DNA of 64,000 nucleotides from Candidatus Latescibacterota bacterium (GCA_963667175.2 CAXXXF010000004.1:288001-352000), one strand, 5' to 3'. Positions 20,185 to 30,505 are shown, counted from the first letter of the stretch. Notes: a model not told the origin generated them from the letters alone. Numbers and translations: made by a program.

Positions 20185-20496
20185 GGCTTCTCCCTTCCTA
20201 CTGTCTGCTGAAGGATGTTCTCGTCTCGTGCCGACGGGTGGGAAAATGGGGGTTCCCGGTCTCGACACACGTCCGACGCAAAGATAGGGGCGCGGGATGG
20301 CGCCGTCAAGATGGATCCCTGACGTCCGGCAGGGTACCCGTCATAACCTGTCGGGGTGTCTGACGGACGCCCGGCGCAGGGTCATATCGTATCCCGGCCC
20401 TTTGGAGGCAACCCTGGGAACCATTGATTTTTCGGGCATGACGCGTTATGTTAAACCGTCGAATTGAGTCCTTCCAATTTGCGGGACAAACGACAG

Positions 20497-21357
20497 ATGC
20501 CGGAACGGATCAACAAAGCGATTGAGCTGCTGGAACGGGGGCAGCCGATCTATTACGTCGGCGTCTCCGAGCTTTCCTACGAGACCGGCGTGGAGATGGC
20601 CGCAACGTGGGCCGACTATATCAACGTCAGCATCGAGCACGGCGCATTCGATATGCGTGGCCTGGGCGATTTCATGACGGGCCTGGTGGACGGCGGTCCC
20701 ACGGCCAGCGGGCACCGGACGCCGGCCGTCATTGTGGACCTGCCGGTGGAGGGGTCGAGTGAAGCGGTGGTTCGCGCCAATGCCTGGATGTTCAAGCAGG
20801 CGCTCGCCCGCGGCGTGCACGGTATCCTGCTGTGTCATGCCGACGACCCGGAGGCCGTCCGGGCTTTCGTGGAGAGTTGCAGGTACCCGTTCCGGAAGCC
20901 GGCCGCGGGACATGGGGACGGGCGGCGAGGGGCCGGCGGACAGGGCTGGGCCGCCCAGACCTGGGGCGTGACCGCAGCCGAATATCTGAAAAAGGCCGAC
21001 CCGTGGCCCCTGAGTCCGGACGGAGAATTGATGCTCGGCGTGAAGATCGAGAACAAACGCGCGCTGGCACACGCGGAGGCCACGGCGAAGGTGCGGGGAC
21101 TCGCCTTCGGCGAGTGGGGTCCCGGGGATATGGGCATGTCGCTTGGGCACGCCGATCGGCACGACCCGCCCTATCCGGCTGAAATGGCAGCTGCCCGGGC
21201 TCGTGTGATGGCGGCCTGCACGGACGCCGGTCTGTTCTTCCTGAACGGCGCGAACCCGGAAAACGTCACGGAGATCATTGACGAGGGGGTGATGATCATC
21301 TCCGGAGGCGGCGAGGCCGTGGCGAGGCTGGGACGGGCGTATACCGGAAGAAGATAG
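20497..21357 (+). CDS. HpcH/HpaI aldolase family protein
   Basis: IEHGAFD, CRYP, GRRGAG, VKIE, WGPGDM. Confidence 0.88.
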   Translation: MPERINKAIELLERGQPIYYVGVSELSYETGVEMAATWADYINVSIEHGAFDMRGLGDFMTGLVDGGPTASGHRTPAVIVDLPVEGSSEAVVRANAWMFKQALARGVHGILLCHADDPEAVRAFVESCRYPFRKPAAGHGDGRRGAGGQGWAAQTWGVTAAEYLKKADPWPLSPDGELMLGVKIENKRALAHAEATAKVRGLAFGEWGPGDMGMSLGHADRHDPPYPAEMAAARARVMAACTDAGLFFLNGANPENVTEIIDEGVMIISGGGEAVARLGRAYTGRR

Positions 21358-21547
21358 GCACGTCAAAGATCGAAGACACTGGCGAACAATCGTGTTTCAA
21401 ACAGACTGACGGGTATCCGTCGGTGAATGGAGCGCCGACGCGATTTGAACGCACCGGTCGGCGGCGCCTGGCGCGGGACGTTAAAACGAGCGACGAAACC
21501 ACGGTCGTATGAATTGCAGGTAAACCGTCTGAAACGGGAGGGAAAAG

Positions 21548-22249
21548 ATGTCGAGCTCACGTATCCGAACCGTCATTGAAGTCGTCCTGGCGGCGGGGTG
21601 CGCGTACCTGGCGCACGTCGCGTATATCGCCCCCGTCGACATCGCCATCAACTACGATGCCGAGAACGCCATTCAAATGCGGATTGAAGACAAAATGGTG
21701 GCGCATAACGCCGTCCTGGACTCGATCTGGAGCAAGGATTTCTCGAGAGACGCGACGCTGGGATGGTTGAGTGCAAAGGACGTCTATCACTACCGGAACA
21801 GCGCAATCGCAGGGCGCCTGGCAGAAGCAATGCCTGCTGCGCCGGAGGGCGCCGGCGAGACCATTGAAGAGCGAAAGGCGCGCCTTGAAGCCGCGATCGC
21901 GGAGAGCCCGTTGATCGCAGACCTTCGCGGCCGTGCCCGCGGATTACAGCCCCCGTTTCAGTATCTCGGCAAAAAGGTCAGCGTGGGCGTTCCCAGCGGA
22001 AACAGACCGCGTACGAACGTGGCGTACGTCGCCTTCGGGAGCGAATTCGACGGCAGGGTCGTTGAAATCTGGAATCCCGTAAACGACAAACGCGTGACGG
22101 TCTTTGCACAGGGCGCTTTCGTGCCCACGGAATCGGTCACCGTCGACTTCCAGATGAACCGGCGGCAGGCGGTAGACCTGTTCGATCGCGTCGAAGACAC
22201 CGCGGACGCCGTGGTGGTTATTCTTCCGCCGGCCACACCCGCGCCGTAG
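21548..22249 (+). CDS. Hypothetical protein with N-terminal membrane anchor
   Basis: 233-aa ORF with host-like codon usage and RBS; no recognised family. Confidence 0.65.
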   Translation: MSSSRIRTVIEVVLAAGCAYLAHVAYIAPVDIAINYDAENAIQMRIEDKMVAHNAVLDSIWSKDFSRDATLGWLSAKDVYHYRNSAIAGRLAEAMPAAPEGAGETIEERKARLEAAIAESPLIADLRGRARGLQPPFQYLGKKVSVGVPSGNRPRTNVAYVAFGSEFDGRVVEIWNPVNDKRVTVFAQGAFVPTESVTVDFQMNRRQAVDLFDRVEDTADAVVVILPPATPAP

Positions 22250-22538
22250 GGGAACTACACGTTAGCGGCTTTTCATCTTTTATGTGTCTGAGTGACAAGG
22301 ATTTACCTGATGCCTGATTCTCACTCATACGTTGGCACGAAATTCGCCTTTAAGTGCCAATTTATCAACTCAATTCCCTCCTCGATGATCAGGCCTGAAA
22401 CTCTGAGTGACCTAAATACCCTTTTATACTTAACTGTAAGCCCAGGCGTGTAAAGAGGGAGGGAGGGACAAGGTTTGATTTGGTGTAGAGGAAATTAACG
22501 ATGGGTGCTTTAAACCGACTCCGGCCGGTATATGGAAA

Positions 22539-22769
22539 CTACTTACTCGTGTCAAGCCCGAGGTGAAGCCAGGCGTCGAGCAAAGCCAAAAATCGCTTTT
22601 CCTCTACTTCTTGTGACTCAGGAACTAAAGGCATATCGTGTTTCCAATCCTGAAGAGTCTGCTTAAGTTTCAAGTGATATTCAGGGGGCAAGGTACGTAA
22701 TATGAAGATAGTTCCATAAAAAGCGACGGCTGCAATTTCAGATGGTGTGAGAGAATCGAGATCGGACAT
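22539..22769 (-). CDS. Small hypothetical protein in AT-rich island
   Basis: 76-aa ORF with GGAGG RBS. Confidence 0.55.
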   Translation of the reverse strand: MSDLDSLTPSEIAAVAFYGTIFILRTLPPEYHLKLKQTLQDWKHDMPLVPESQEVEEKRFLALLDAWLHLGLDTSK

Positions 22770-23024
22770 TTAATGCCTCCCCGCTAAAAGGTTTTGAGTA
22801 GTTGGTAGCGAGGACATGATAGATAGAACTAACTCAATCAGCAATAAAAAATCGGTCTAAGATCCGCGTCCTAGACCGTCACTTATTCGAGATCGGTAGC
22901 GTTTAACTTATAGGTATAATATACCTTTTGAGGGGTCAGAGGACAACAAGTTGGTTGTCAGGTTGATTATTTTCTGGCCGGAAGTATTAATTAATTCATA
23001 GTATCAGTTTAGAGAGGCGCTTTA

Positions 23025-23189
23025 ATGAAGAATTGTCCTCCTGTTTTAATTGAATGGGAAGACTCACGTCAACCAGGTTCCAATTGGCAATATCTCATTA
23101 ATTATACAAAACAGGGAGCTGTGCGTTGTGTTTCGGTTGGCTGGTTAATTCAAAATAAAACGCGATCATTGTGGATTCAGACTTTTTAA
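23025..23189 (+). CDS. Small phage-like protein, probably truncated
   Basis: Manual translation MKNCPPVLIEWEDSRQPGSNW..VRCVSVGWLIQ..TF*; GAGG RBS; below ORF-track cutoff. Confidence 0.5.
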   Translation: MKNCPPVLIEWEDSRQPGSNWQYLINYTKQGAVRCVSVGWLIQNKTRSLWIQTF

Positions 23190-23273
23190 TTGACACCCCA
23201 CCTCGTCCCTTGTATATTCCCCCTCGGATCGCTTCTCACCCTTACACCCCACGCGTAGAATTGCAGTTCCCCG

Positions 23274-24095
23274 CTGGACATCTTCACCCTCGCAGAACGG
23301 TTCAATTCCCAGGCTATTAGCCACCTTGAGCAAGTTCGCTTTGGAGAGAGGCCCTATTGCCCTCTCTGCGGTACTGTGGGCCGGTGCGCCCGGAAGCAAG
23401 AGAATGGTTTAATCGGCAGGTGGAACTGCTATGCCTGCAAGAGTTCCTTTAACGTCCTCTCGAAGACCATATTTCAAAAGACCCGAGTTCCATTGCCCAG
23501 GTGGTTTTTGGCCATCGCGCTAATGCTGAATGCGAAGAACGGTATTTCGTCATATCAACTGACCCGGAGCATCGGGGTGCTCCCGATGACCGCCTATCGG
23601 ATGCAACGGAAGATCCGGGAGCAGATGCAACGGGCCGAAGGTAAGGAGTTGCTGACCGGTATAGTAGAGGCCGGCGAAGCCTACCTGGGCGGAAAGCCGC
23701 GATACAGTAAGTCGGTTCGTGCTTACTGGACCAAAAAGACAATGTTGGTGGGTGCGATCGAGCACGGGGGAAGGGTCGCGGTCCGGGTCGGTACGAGTAA
23801 GTCCAGTGGCGCGGTCTATGAGGCTCTCAAGGATATGATTAAACGGGGGACGCGGTTGATCACCACGCGGCATAACTTATTCAAGTTGCTGTGGATTTTT
23901 GATCATCAGCCCAGGGCGACGCCTCTGCGTCAAATTGGGTTGTTTTTTGAATCGGTGAAACGGGCGTACTACTGCACTCATCATCACTACAGTTTGAAGG
24001 AGATGGAACTGTATCTGGCCGAGGCGTGTTATCGGTATAATCGGCGGAAGGAGGGGGATTTGTGGAGGGAGTTTTTGGAGGGTGTGGTTAACTAA
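23274..24095 (+). CDS. IS1595-family transposase derivative with substituted catalytic residues
   Basis: Frame open from CTG 23274: CPLCG..CYAC zinc ribbon, TIFQKTRVPL..W, KNGISS, YL.E..YRYNRR; DDE positions read G, T, G. Confidence 0.8.
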   Translation: MDIFTLAERFNSQAISHLEQVRFGERPYCPLCGTVGRCARKQENGLIGRWNCYACKSSFNVLSKTIFQKTRVPLPRWFLAIALMLNAKNGISSYQLTRSIGVLPMTAYRMQRKIREQMQRAEGKELLTGIVEAGEAYLGGKPRYSKSVRAYWTKKTMLVGAIEHGGRVAVRVGTSKSSGAVYEALKDMIKRGTRLITTRHNLFKLLWIFDHQPRATPLRQIGLFFESVKRAYYCTHHHYSLKEMELYLAEACYRYNRRKEGDLWREFLEGVVN

Positions 24096-24752
24096 TGTGG
24101 AATTTCAAGTATGACATCTGTGTGTATGGCAAGATCGTTTTGTATAGTTGAATGATAGAATTTTGTCAAACCAACTCTAAGTCCTTCTGTTCTAGCTAAT
24201 TTCATTGCAGGTACTAAATCAGAATCTCCAGAGACAACAATAATGCTGGAAACAAGTCGTTTTAATGCTAGACTGGTCATGTCAATACCCATCATCATAT
24301 CGACACCCTTTTGGGTGATGTTGGGGAGTAATGTCGCTATAATACGCAGCATTGCGCAGATCATGTTCTAAACCACGCACCTGATCTAATAATTTACTTA
24401 TGAATGATTTTTTAAGAGACCAACCACGATGAACTAATCGACCACGTCTAACTGCCACATTTGGTGATTTTTCTAATTCTGTGATGAGTTGGGTATTTTG
24501 TTTATATTGTGTTGTTGTGCGATAATTTTTACGTTTATCGGTACTTAGGGGATTTATAATTATCTCGGTGAGGGGGTTAGCTGTATAGTAAAAAATACGA
24601 TAAAGTTTTGTGATACCTGCAGAAGCTTGAAGATTGCGGATAGTGTGTAACACGGTATGTGCGTTTGGAAATTCTTTATTTTGGTGATGTAGATTTTTTT
24701 TAAACCATTCACCATCAATTAATATGGCGACTCGATCTCCTGGAAAGCTCAT
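24092..24752 (-). pseudogene. NYN (PIN-fold) domain nuclease, split by +1 frameshift (possibly sequencing error)
   Basis: AILIDG, RIFYY, then QKGVDM, SGDSDLVPAMKLARTEG in second frame; extra base in G4 run 24323-24326. Confidence 0.85.
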
Positions 24753-24772
24753 CTTTTACTCCTAATGCGTAT

Positions 24773-24854
24773 GCCCCCTGCGCTGCGTGCGATCTCCACC
24801 TAACCGCGTCCGGAGAGGTTTAATCGCTTTGGATAGTGACGAAGCGCAGGGGGC
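24773..24854 (-). ncRNA. Candidate structured leader RNA of the NYN gene
   Basis: GCCCCCTGCGCT (24773-84) / AGCGCAGGGGGC (24843-54) inverted repeat, GC-rich in AT-rich context, between promoter and RBS. Confidence 0.5.
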
Positions 24855-24893
24855 TAGATTTCAAGAAAAATATACTGAAAAGACAACTACAAT

Positions 24894-24922
24894 ATTATAT
24901 ATAATTTTGTGGCAAAGAGCAA
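24894..24922 (-). promoter_or_regulatory. Sigma70-type promoter for NYN gene
   Basis: TTGCTC-17 bp-TATAAT on minus strand. Confidence 0.7.
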
Positions 24923-25033
24923 GTCTTTTTAATATCAAGTCACTGGATCAAAATTTTATATAGTGGAGATAAAGAAACCGACTGATGGCGTTTCGGAACG
25001 TGTCAATAGAAATGAGACACCTCCCGTTGGGGT

Positions 25034-26048
25034 TTAGTGTAGCAGTTGTTGGCATTCGATGGTGTTCTGTGGTTGGTTAATCCAGACTTGGTCCGGAACG
25101 TGTGGTGGTCGAGGATGGCCCCTTAACAAATCGTTCAGGGTGGTTGTGATAAGCCTGATCCAGCACCGATTGTCTGGCGGCTTGCACCTGCTGTGTGAGC
25201 CCATGGTGGACGGTGTCGGGCGTGAGTAAGCCCAGTCCACTGTGCCGGTGTTGCGTGTTGTACCAGGAAAAGAAGGTCTGTAAATAGGTACGGGCTTCTT
25301 GCGGACCGGTGAAGCGCCCGGGGTATGAAGGCGCGTATTTGAGCGTTTTGAACTGGCTTTCGGAATACGGGTTGTCATCGGAGACGCGGGGTCGAGCGTA
25401 GCTGGCCAGGATGTCGAGGTCCATCAGCAACTGCGAAAACGTCTTGGCTGTCATGGGTGCGCCGCGGTCCTGGTGCAGCGTCAGTTGTCGGGGTTGAATG
25501 CCCTGCTTGTTGCAGGCGTTGGTGATCAGGCGCTTGGCGTATGTGGCGCTTTCCCTTGTGGCGACCATCCAGGCCACGACATAGCGTGAGAACAGATCCA
25601 GTACGACGTAGAGGGGATAGGTTTCCCACTTGCGGGTTCCTGGCAGCCGCGTGATATCCCATGTCCAGACCTGGTTGGGCGCATCCGCCATCAAGCGGGG
25701 CGGTTCCAGACGTGGATGACGCCGCTGGTGTCGCCGCTGGGGCACCTCTCCTGCATCGTGCAGCAGACGGTACATGGTCCGGATCGAGCAGACATACCGC
25801 CCTTCCTCGAGCAGCGCGGCGTAGACTGCCGGTGGCGCCTGGTCTACGAAGCGGTCCTCGTGCAGGATGTACAGCACGGTAGCGCGCTCGTTTTGGGAAA
25901 GCGCACGTGGCGACGAGGACCGGGCGCCACGAGGCCCGCGTTGGGCTGGCTGACGCGCACGGTAGACCGATGCCCGCGCCACACCCAGCGCCCGGCACGC
26001 GGAAGCCAACCCGACCTTCGGGGCCAGTTGTTCTGCCGCCCGTATCAT
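25034..26048 (-). CDS. IS3 OrfB DDE transposase (+1 frameshift near C-terminus)
   Basis: WTWDIT, LDLFSR, HQDRG, DNPYSESQFKTLK, YNTQHRHSGL; conserved VWINQP tail in second frame; ATGA overlap with orfA stop. Confidence 0.88.
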
Positions 26049-26545
26049 ACGTCGTCGTCGCCTGCTGGCGGATTCAGGGGGATGCCCAGGATCTCGGAGG
26101 CTTTTTTTTGGATCTCGAGGATCGTGTTCGCCTGTTCCAATCGTCGTCGCAAACGGGCGATCTCCTTGCGCAGTTGCTCGTTCTCGACGGATACCTCGTC
26201 GCGGCGACGCCCTTTCGGTCCCCGCAGCTTCAACAGCGCCTTGAGCGACCCCTCGCGACGCGCACGACGCCACTGCGTCAACTGCGAGGAATACAGACCC
26301 TCGCGGCGCAGCAGCGCGCCGACTTCGCCAGGGGCACGGCACGCGTCGGCCTCTTCCAAGATGCGAAGCTTGTACTTTGCCGTGAAACGGCGACGCCGCG
26401 CACGCGCCGGCACTTCCGGATTCGGCCTCGTGGTTGTGGAGGTCCCGCGCGGGACCTCCACAACCAGAGACCCCTTGCTGCCGTTGCCTACAACATCGGT
26501 CCTTGACCTCATCTCTTGTTCTCCTCTCCGCCCATGATACGACAT
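26045..26545 (-). CDS. IS3 OrfA
   Basis: RRRFTAKYKLRILEEAD..LLRREGLYSSQLTQWR..EIQKK. Confidence 0.88.
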   Translation of the reverse strand: MSYHGRRGEQEMRSRTDVVGNGSKGSLVVEVPRGTSTTTRPNPEVPARARRRRFTAKYKLRILEEADACRAPGEVGALLRREGLYSSQLTQWRRARREGSLKALLKLRGPKGRRRDEVSVENEQLRKEIARLRRRLEQANTILEIQKKASEILGIPLNPPAGDDDV

Positions 26546-26976
26546 TAATCTCGAAGGGGGAGTTGTCTCACCCTATATTGGCACGTAGGGAGGAAGGACT
26601 ATTTTATCAATACAGCTAAACCCCCGTAAATTCAGTATTTATGGTGAAATAATCAGTAAAAATGCTTGATTTGATGAAAGACAAATAAAGTTTGAGATGG
26701 TAAGTTGCACTGGTACTGTGTATTAGAAAAGGAAAAAGCCTGTGACGTGGTATTCCGCGCCATAGCTCCGTTCGGTGTGCGCCACTCGATTGGTTGATCG
26801 ACCGACTCGATGCGACTCTGGTCTCTGCATCCCCGCTATTTGAACGCGCTCGGGAGACTCGAATCCGGGCGCACGCCGCTTCCGCAACCGTTATTGGTTG
26901 TGAATCCGTGACCATTAAGGCATGGGAACGCCGCGCGGTATCCTGGCGGAAGTAGAAAAGACTGGAGGAGAATCGA

Positions 26977-27351
26977 ATGGCGGATGAAAGGAATCCCGTC
27001 GGCTGGTTCGAAATCCCGGTGCGCGAGCTGGAAAGGGCCCGGCGATTCTACGAAAACGTGCTGGGTCTTGAACTGACAGCCAGCAGGATGGGCGACACGG
27101 AGTTGGCATGGTTTCCGATGACCGAGGGACCCGGAGCGGCGGGAACGCTGATCAAGTCCGAAGGATACAAACCGTCCCACGAGGGCGCCCTGGTCTACTT
27201 TTCTGTGACCGACATCGACGGGATCCTGGAAAAGATCGAGTCAAACGGCGGAACGACGCTGATTCCGAAAACCAGCGTCGGCGAACACGGATTCTTCGCC
27301 CATTTCGAAGACTGCGAAGGCAACCGGGTTGCGATGCACTCCTGGACCTGA
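26977..27351 (+). CDS. VOC/glyoxalase family protein
   Basis: VGWFEIPV..RARRFY, VYF, FEDCEGNRV. Confidence 0.92.
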   Translation: MADERNPVGWFEIPVRELERARRFYENVLGLELTASRMGDTELAWFPMTEGPGAAGTLIKSEGYKPSHEGALVYFSVTDIDGILEKIESNGGTTLIPKTSVGEHGFFAHFEDCEGNRVAMHSWT

Positions 27352-27489
27352 TTCAATTGACCCGCGCCGCATCCGACCCGGCTGAAACGACCCAATCGAT
27401 GGCAATTCCACCGCTCACACTTACCGCGCTGTCCCCGGTTGCGATTCCTTTACGACCCGAAAATCCCGCCTCGAATAGATCCCCCTCTC

Positions 27490-28026
27490 CTACCGTCCCA
27501 ATAGCTGTGCGAGGGCCCATTCCAGTTCCGTTTCGGTATCGGGCCCGTAGCCCGTTTGCATGAACCTGAGGCGTCCCTTTCTGTCAACCAGGAAGGTGGT
27601 TGGAATGCTGCGGACGGCGTAGTCGGCCTGGATTCCCGGATCGGCGAACAGGACCGGGAAGGTGTAGCCGTATTCCTGAATGAACGGACCCACGCGCGCC
27701 CGGTCGAAGTCCGTGCTGACGGCAAGTACGGTCAGGCCCTTTTCGCGGTACCGGTCGTACAACTTCTGGATATGCGGCAATTCGTACAGGCACGGCATGC
27801 ACCACGTCGCCCAGAAGTTGATCAGGACAACGCGACCCTCATTATCGGACAGCCGGACGACCGAGCCGTCCAGGCTGTCCAGCGTGAAGTCGGACGCGCC
27901 CGGGCCCACGGGCAGCGCGTTCTTCGGTTCCGGCTCCTCGACGAGAATCTGACCCAGCGCGGCGCCCGCCAGGACCACTGCGACGCCCATAAACACCCAG
28001 GATTTCCATCCGACGCTCAGCTTCAT
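27490..28026 (-). CDS. TlpA-family thiol:disulfide oxidoreductase
   Basis: Signal/anchor; NFWATWCMPC; IPTTFLVD. Confidence 0.92.
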   Translation of the reverse strand: MKLSVGWKSWVFMGVAVVLAGAALGQILVEEPEPKNALPVGPGASDFTLDSLDGSVVRLSDNEGRVVLINFWATWCMPCLYELPHIQKLYDRYREKGLTVLAVSTDFDRARVGPFIQEYGYTFPVLFADPGIQADYAVRSIPTTFLVDRKGRLRFMQTGYGPDTETELEWALAQLLGR

Positions 28027-28059
28027 TTGGCAGTACCTTTCAGTTGAGTAAGGGCGCGC

Positions 28060-29196
28060 TTAAGGCGTAAAAATCAGAATCTGATCCGTCGTCTCTTCCG
28101 TGAACGTGTGTCCATTGCCGGTATCTTTCGTTCCACCGGCAATCATCACGCGCCCGTCCGCAAGCAGCGTTACCGTAGGCGACGACCGCCACCCTATGCT
28201 GTGTCCTGTAGGAGAAAACGCGTGTGTGGCGGGGTTGTACATTACGATATCACCGTTGTGGGAGTGGACGAGCAACACCGTGCCGGAAGGCAGCAACGCC
28301 GCGGCAAGGGGATCGATGGTAGAAACGCCGGCCGGCGAAAAGGCGTTTGTTTCAGGGTCATATATCTCGGCCCTCTGCACGAAGGGCCCTTTCCCAGCGG
28401 TGCCGCCTACAATCAGAACCCTGCCGTCCTGAAGTAGCACGGCTTTATGGTTGATGCGGTCGACCTCCAGATTACCGGCCTCGGAAACGCCCCTGGACGA
28501 AGGATCGTAAATGACGTTCCGACCAACCAGCCCGTCTTCAAGTCCGCCACGCAATCCTCCAACGATCAGCACACGGCCGTCCTTCAACAGCGTCGCTGTA
28601 TGTAGCCTTCGGATTTCCTCCCTCTTGAAGATGGAGTGAAATGCGCGTGCATCCGGGTCGAAGACACCCGTGTGGTCCATGTTAGTCAGAAAGACCTCTC
28701 CGCTGGGTAGAAGCGTTGCCGTCGCGATGGTGACATTGGAAGGCACGTCCGCCACGGCCTGGAATCGCCTGGAATGAGGATCGTACATCTCAATGGGGAG
28801 CTGTCCATTTCTGGGCATGATCAGGACGCGACCGTCAGATAGCAGCATTCCATTGTCCGCGTAACGTCTGACGGTCATGGCTCCGGTTGGCGACGAGATC
28901 CCGGTTTCGGGATCGAACACTTCCGCGCTGGCGAGAGGGCCCGAGGGCCGATAAATGACGGTACCGCCCGGAGACGGATCAGGGACTTCTGCAGGTGGCT
29001 CCGCCAGGCCGCCTGCGATCAGGACCTTGCCGTCCGGCAACAATGTCGCGGTGTGCCAATGCCGAGGTTGGGTCAGCTTGCCGACCTCGTGGAGACCCCG
29101 TTCAAGGGTCGGCTGCTCCGGCGTCGTCACCGAATCCCCACCACATGCCCAAAAGCTCGAGACGACCAATAGCGCGAGTCCAATTCTGGTGGTCAT
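28060..29196 (-). CDS. Kelch-repeat lipoprotein 1
   Basis: Lipobox FWAC; repeated HTATLLxDGRVLIxGG..AEIYDP. Confidence 0.88.
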   Translation of the reverse strand: MTTRIGLALLVVSSFWACGGDSVTTPEQPTLERGLHEVGKLTQPRHWHTATLLPDGKVLIAGGLAEPPAEVPDPSPGGTVIYRPSGPLASAEVFDPETGISSPTGAMTVRRYADNGMLLSDGRVLIMPRNGQLPIEMYDPHSRRFQAVADVPSNVTIATATLLPSGEVFLTNMDHTGVFDPDARAFHSIFKREEIRRLHTATLLKDGRVLIVGGLRGGLEDGLVGRNVIYDPSSRGVSEAGNLEVDRINHKAVLLQDGRVLIVGGTAGKGPFVQRAEIYDPETNAFSPAGVSTIDPLAAALLPSGTVLLVHSHNGDIVMYNPATHAFSPTGHSIGWRSSPTVTLLADGRVMIAGGTKDTGNGHTFTEETTDQILIFTP

Positions 29197-29229
29197 TTTG
29201 TGTCTCCTTTCTGACAGAAGGCTGGCGAG

Positions 29230-29276
29230 GCGGGCAGACAGGAATGTCTGCCCCACCTTCACTCCGGTTTCCTCAG
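29230..29276. repeat. 47-bp REP-like element, copy 1
   Basis: GCGGGCAGACAGGAATGTCTGCCCCACCTTC..CCTCAG; hairpin GGGCAGACA/TGTCTGCCC. Confidence 0.85.
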
Positions 29277-29302
29277 ATTTGCAGTGACGGCTCCTGTGTC
29301 TC

Positions 29303-30412
29303 TCATGGCGTGAAAATGAAAATCTGATCCGAAATGGACTCATGAGAATGATTGACATCACTCCACTTCAATCCGCCGACGATAACGACGCGCCCGTCAT
29401 CGAGGAGCGTCACGGTCGCGCCGTGTCGCCACGGTCCTATGCTGTGTCCTGTAGGTGAAAATACCTGAGTGTCCGGATTATACAGTGCGATCTTGCCGTT
29501 GTCCCGATGGATGAAAAACACCCTGCCTGACGGCAGCAGCAGGGCGGCTAACGGATCCATTACGGACGTTCCGGCGGGCGAGAAGCTGTTTGTTTCGGGG
29601 TCGTAGATCTCGGCCGTCTGTACGCGAGGCCCGTCTCCGACCTGGCCGCCGACGATCATTACCCTGCCGTCCTGAAGGAGCACCGCCTTGTGGTGTGCGC
29701 GGTCGAACTGAAGGTCGCCTGCTCTTGAAAAGGCTTCGGACGAGGGATCGTAGATCAGATTCCGTCCGGTCAACTCGATTCCCCTGCGGGCTCCTCCAAC
29801 GATCAACACCCGGCCGTCCTTCAGCAAAGTCGCCGTATGGCCATAGCCGGGATGGTCTATCGCGTTTGTGTCGGAAAATGTACCTGACGCGGGATCGAAG
29901 ACACGCGCGCGCCCCGCGGATGACGCGCCGATTAAAAGGACCTCTCCGTTGGGCAACAGGGTGGCGGTCCGGGCTCCATTTGACCAGGGCGCGTCTGCCA
30001 CGGCGTCGAATCTGCCGGAGTGAGGGTCGTACATCTCAATAGGGAGTCTAAGAAATCTGGATATCATCAGGACCCGACCTTCAGCAAGCAATATCCCGTG
30101 GTCGTCCCATCGACTGGCGGTCAGGTCTCCCGTTGGTGTTGAGACCCCGGTTTCAGGATCGAAAATCTCCGCGCTGACAAGACCGTTGGGCATGAAAAGT
30201 ACACCATGTTCAGCAGGAGGCATTTCCGCGTTGCCGCCGGCAATCAGGACTTTACCATTCTGCAATAGCATCGCGACATGCTCAGATCTGGGTTGCGTCA
30301 TATTGCCGACCTCGCGGAGACCCCGTTCAAGGTCCGGCGCCGTCACCGAATCGCTTCCGCAAGCGCAGAAGCTCGCGACGACAAACAGCTTTATTACGAT
30401 TCTGGCGGTCAT
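29303..30412 (-). CDS. Kelch-repeat lipoprotein 2
   Basis: Lipobox FCAC; same repeat motifs; ends DQIFIFTP. Confidence 0.88.
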   Translation of the reverse strand: MTARIVIKLFVVASFCACGSDSVTAPDLERGLREVGNMTQPRSEHVAMLLQNGKVLIAGGNAEMPPAEHGVLFMPNGLVSAEIFDPETGVSTPTGDLTASRWDDHGILLAEGRVLMISRFLRLPIEMYDPHSGRFDAVADAPWSNGARTATLLPNGEVLLIGASSAGRARVFDPASGTFSDTNAIDHPGYGHTATLLKDGRVLIVGGARRGIELTGRNLIYDPSSEAFSRAGDLQFDRAHHKAVLLQDGRVMIVGGQVGDGPRVQTAEIYDPETNSFSPAGTSVMDPLAALLLPSGRVFFIHRDNGKIALYNPDTQVFSPTGHSIGPWRHGATVTLLDDGRVVIVGGLKWSDVNHSHESISDQIFIFTP

Positions 30413-30445
30413 TTTGTATCTCCTCTCGGACAGAACGCTGAAGAG

Positions 30446-30492
30446 GCGGGCAGACAGGAATGTCCGCCCCACCTTCGCTACGGATTCCTCAG
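30446..30492. repeat. 47-bp REP-like element, copy 2
   Basis: Same length and core as 29230-29276. Confidence 0.85.
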
Positions 30493-30505
30493 ATTGAGAT
30501 CGCGC

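Larger units (their letters stand above)
25001..26583 (-). mobile_element. IS3-family insertion sequence
   Basis: Imperfect TIRs TGTCAATAGAAATGAGACACCTCCC / TGCCAATATAGGGTGAGACAACTCCC; orfA and orfB. Confidence 0.9.

Noticed and set aside
22333-22348. Sigma54-like TGGCAC-N5-TCGC motif
   Set aside because: Imperfect -12 box and no plus-strand gene close downstream
26102-26109. A8 run as programmed -1 frameshift site of IS3
   Set aside because: Possible, but orfB has its own ATG overlapping the orfA stop, so translational coupling explains the layout; cannot be resolved from sequence
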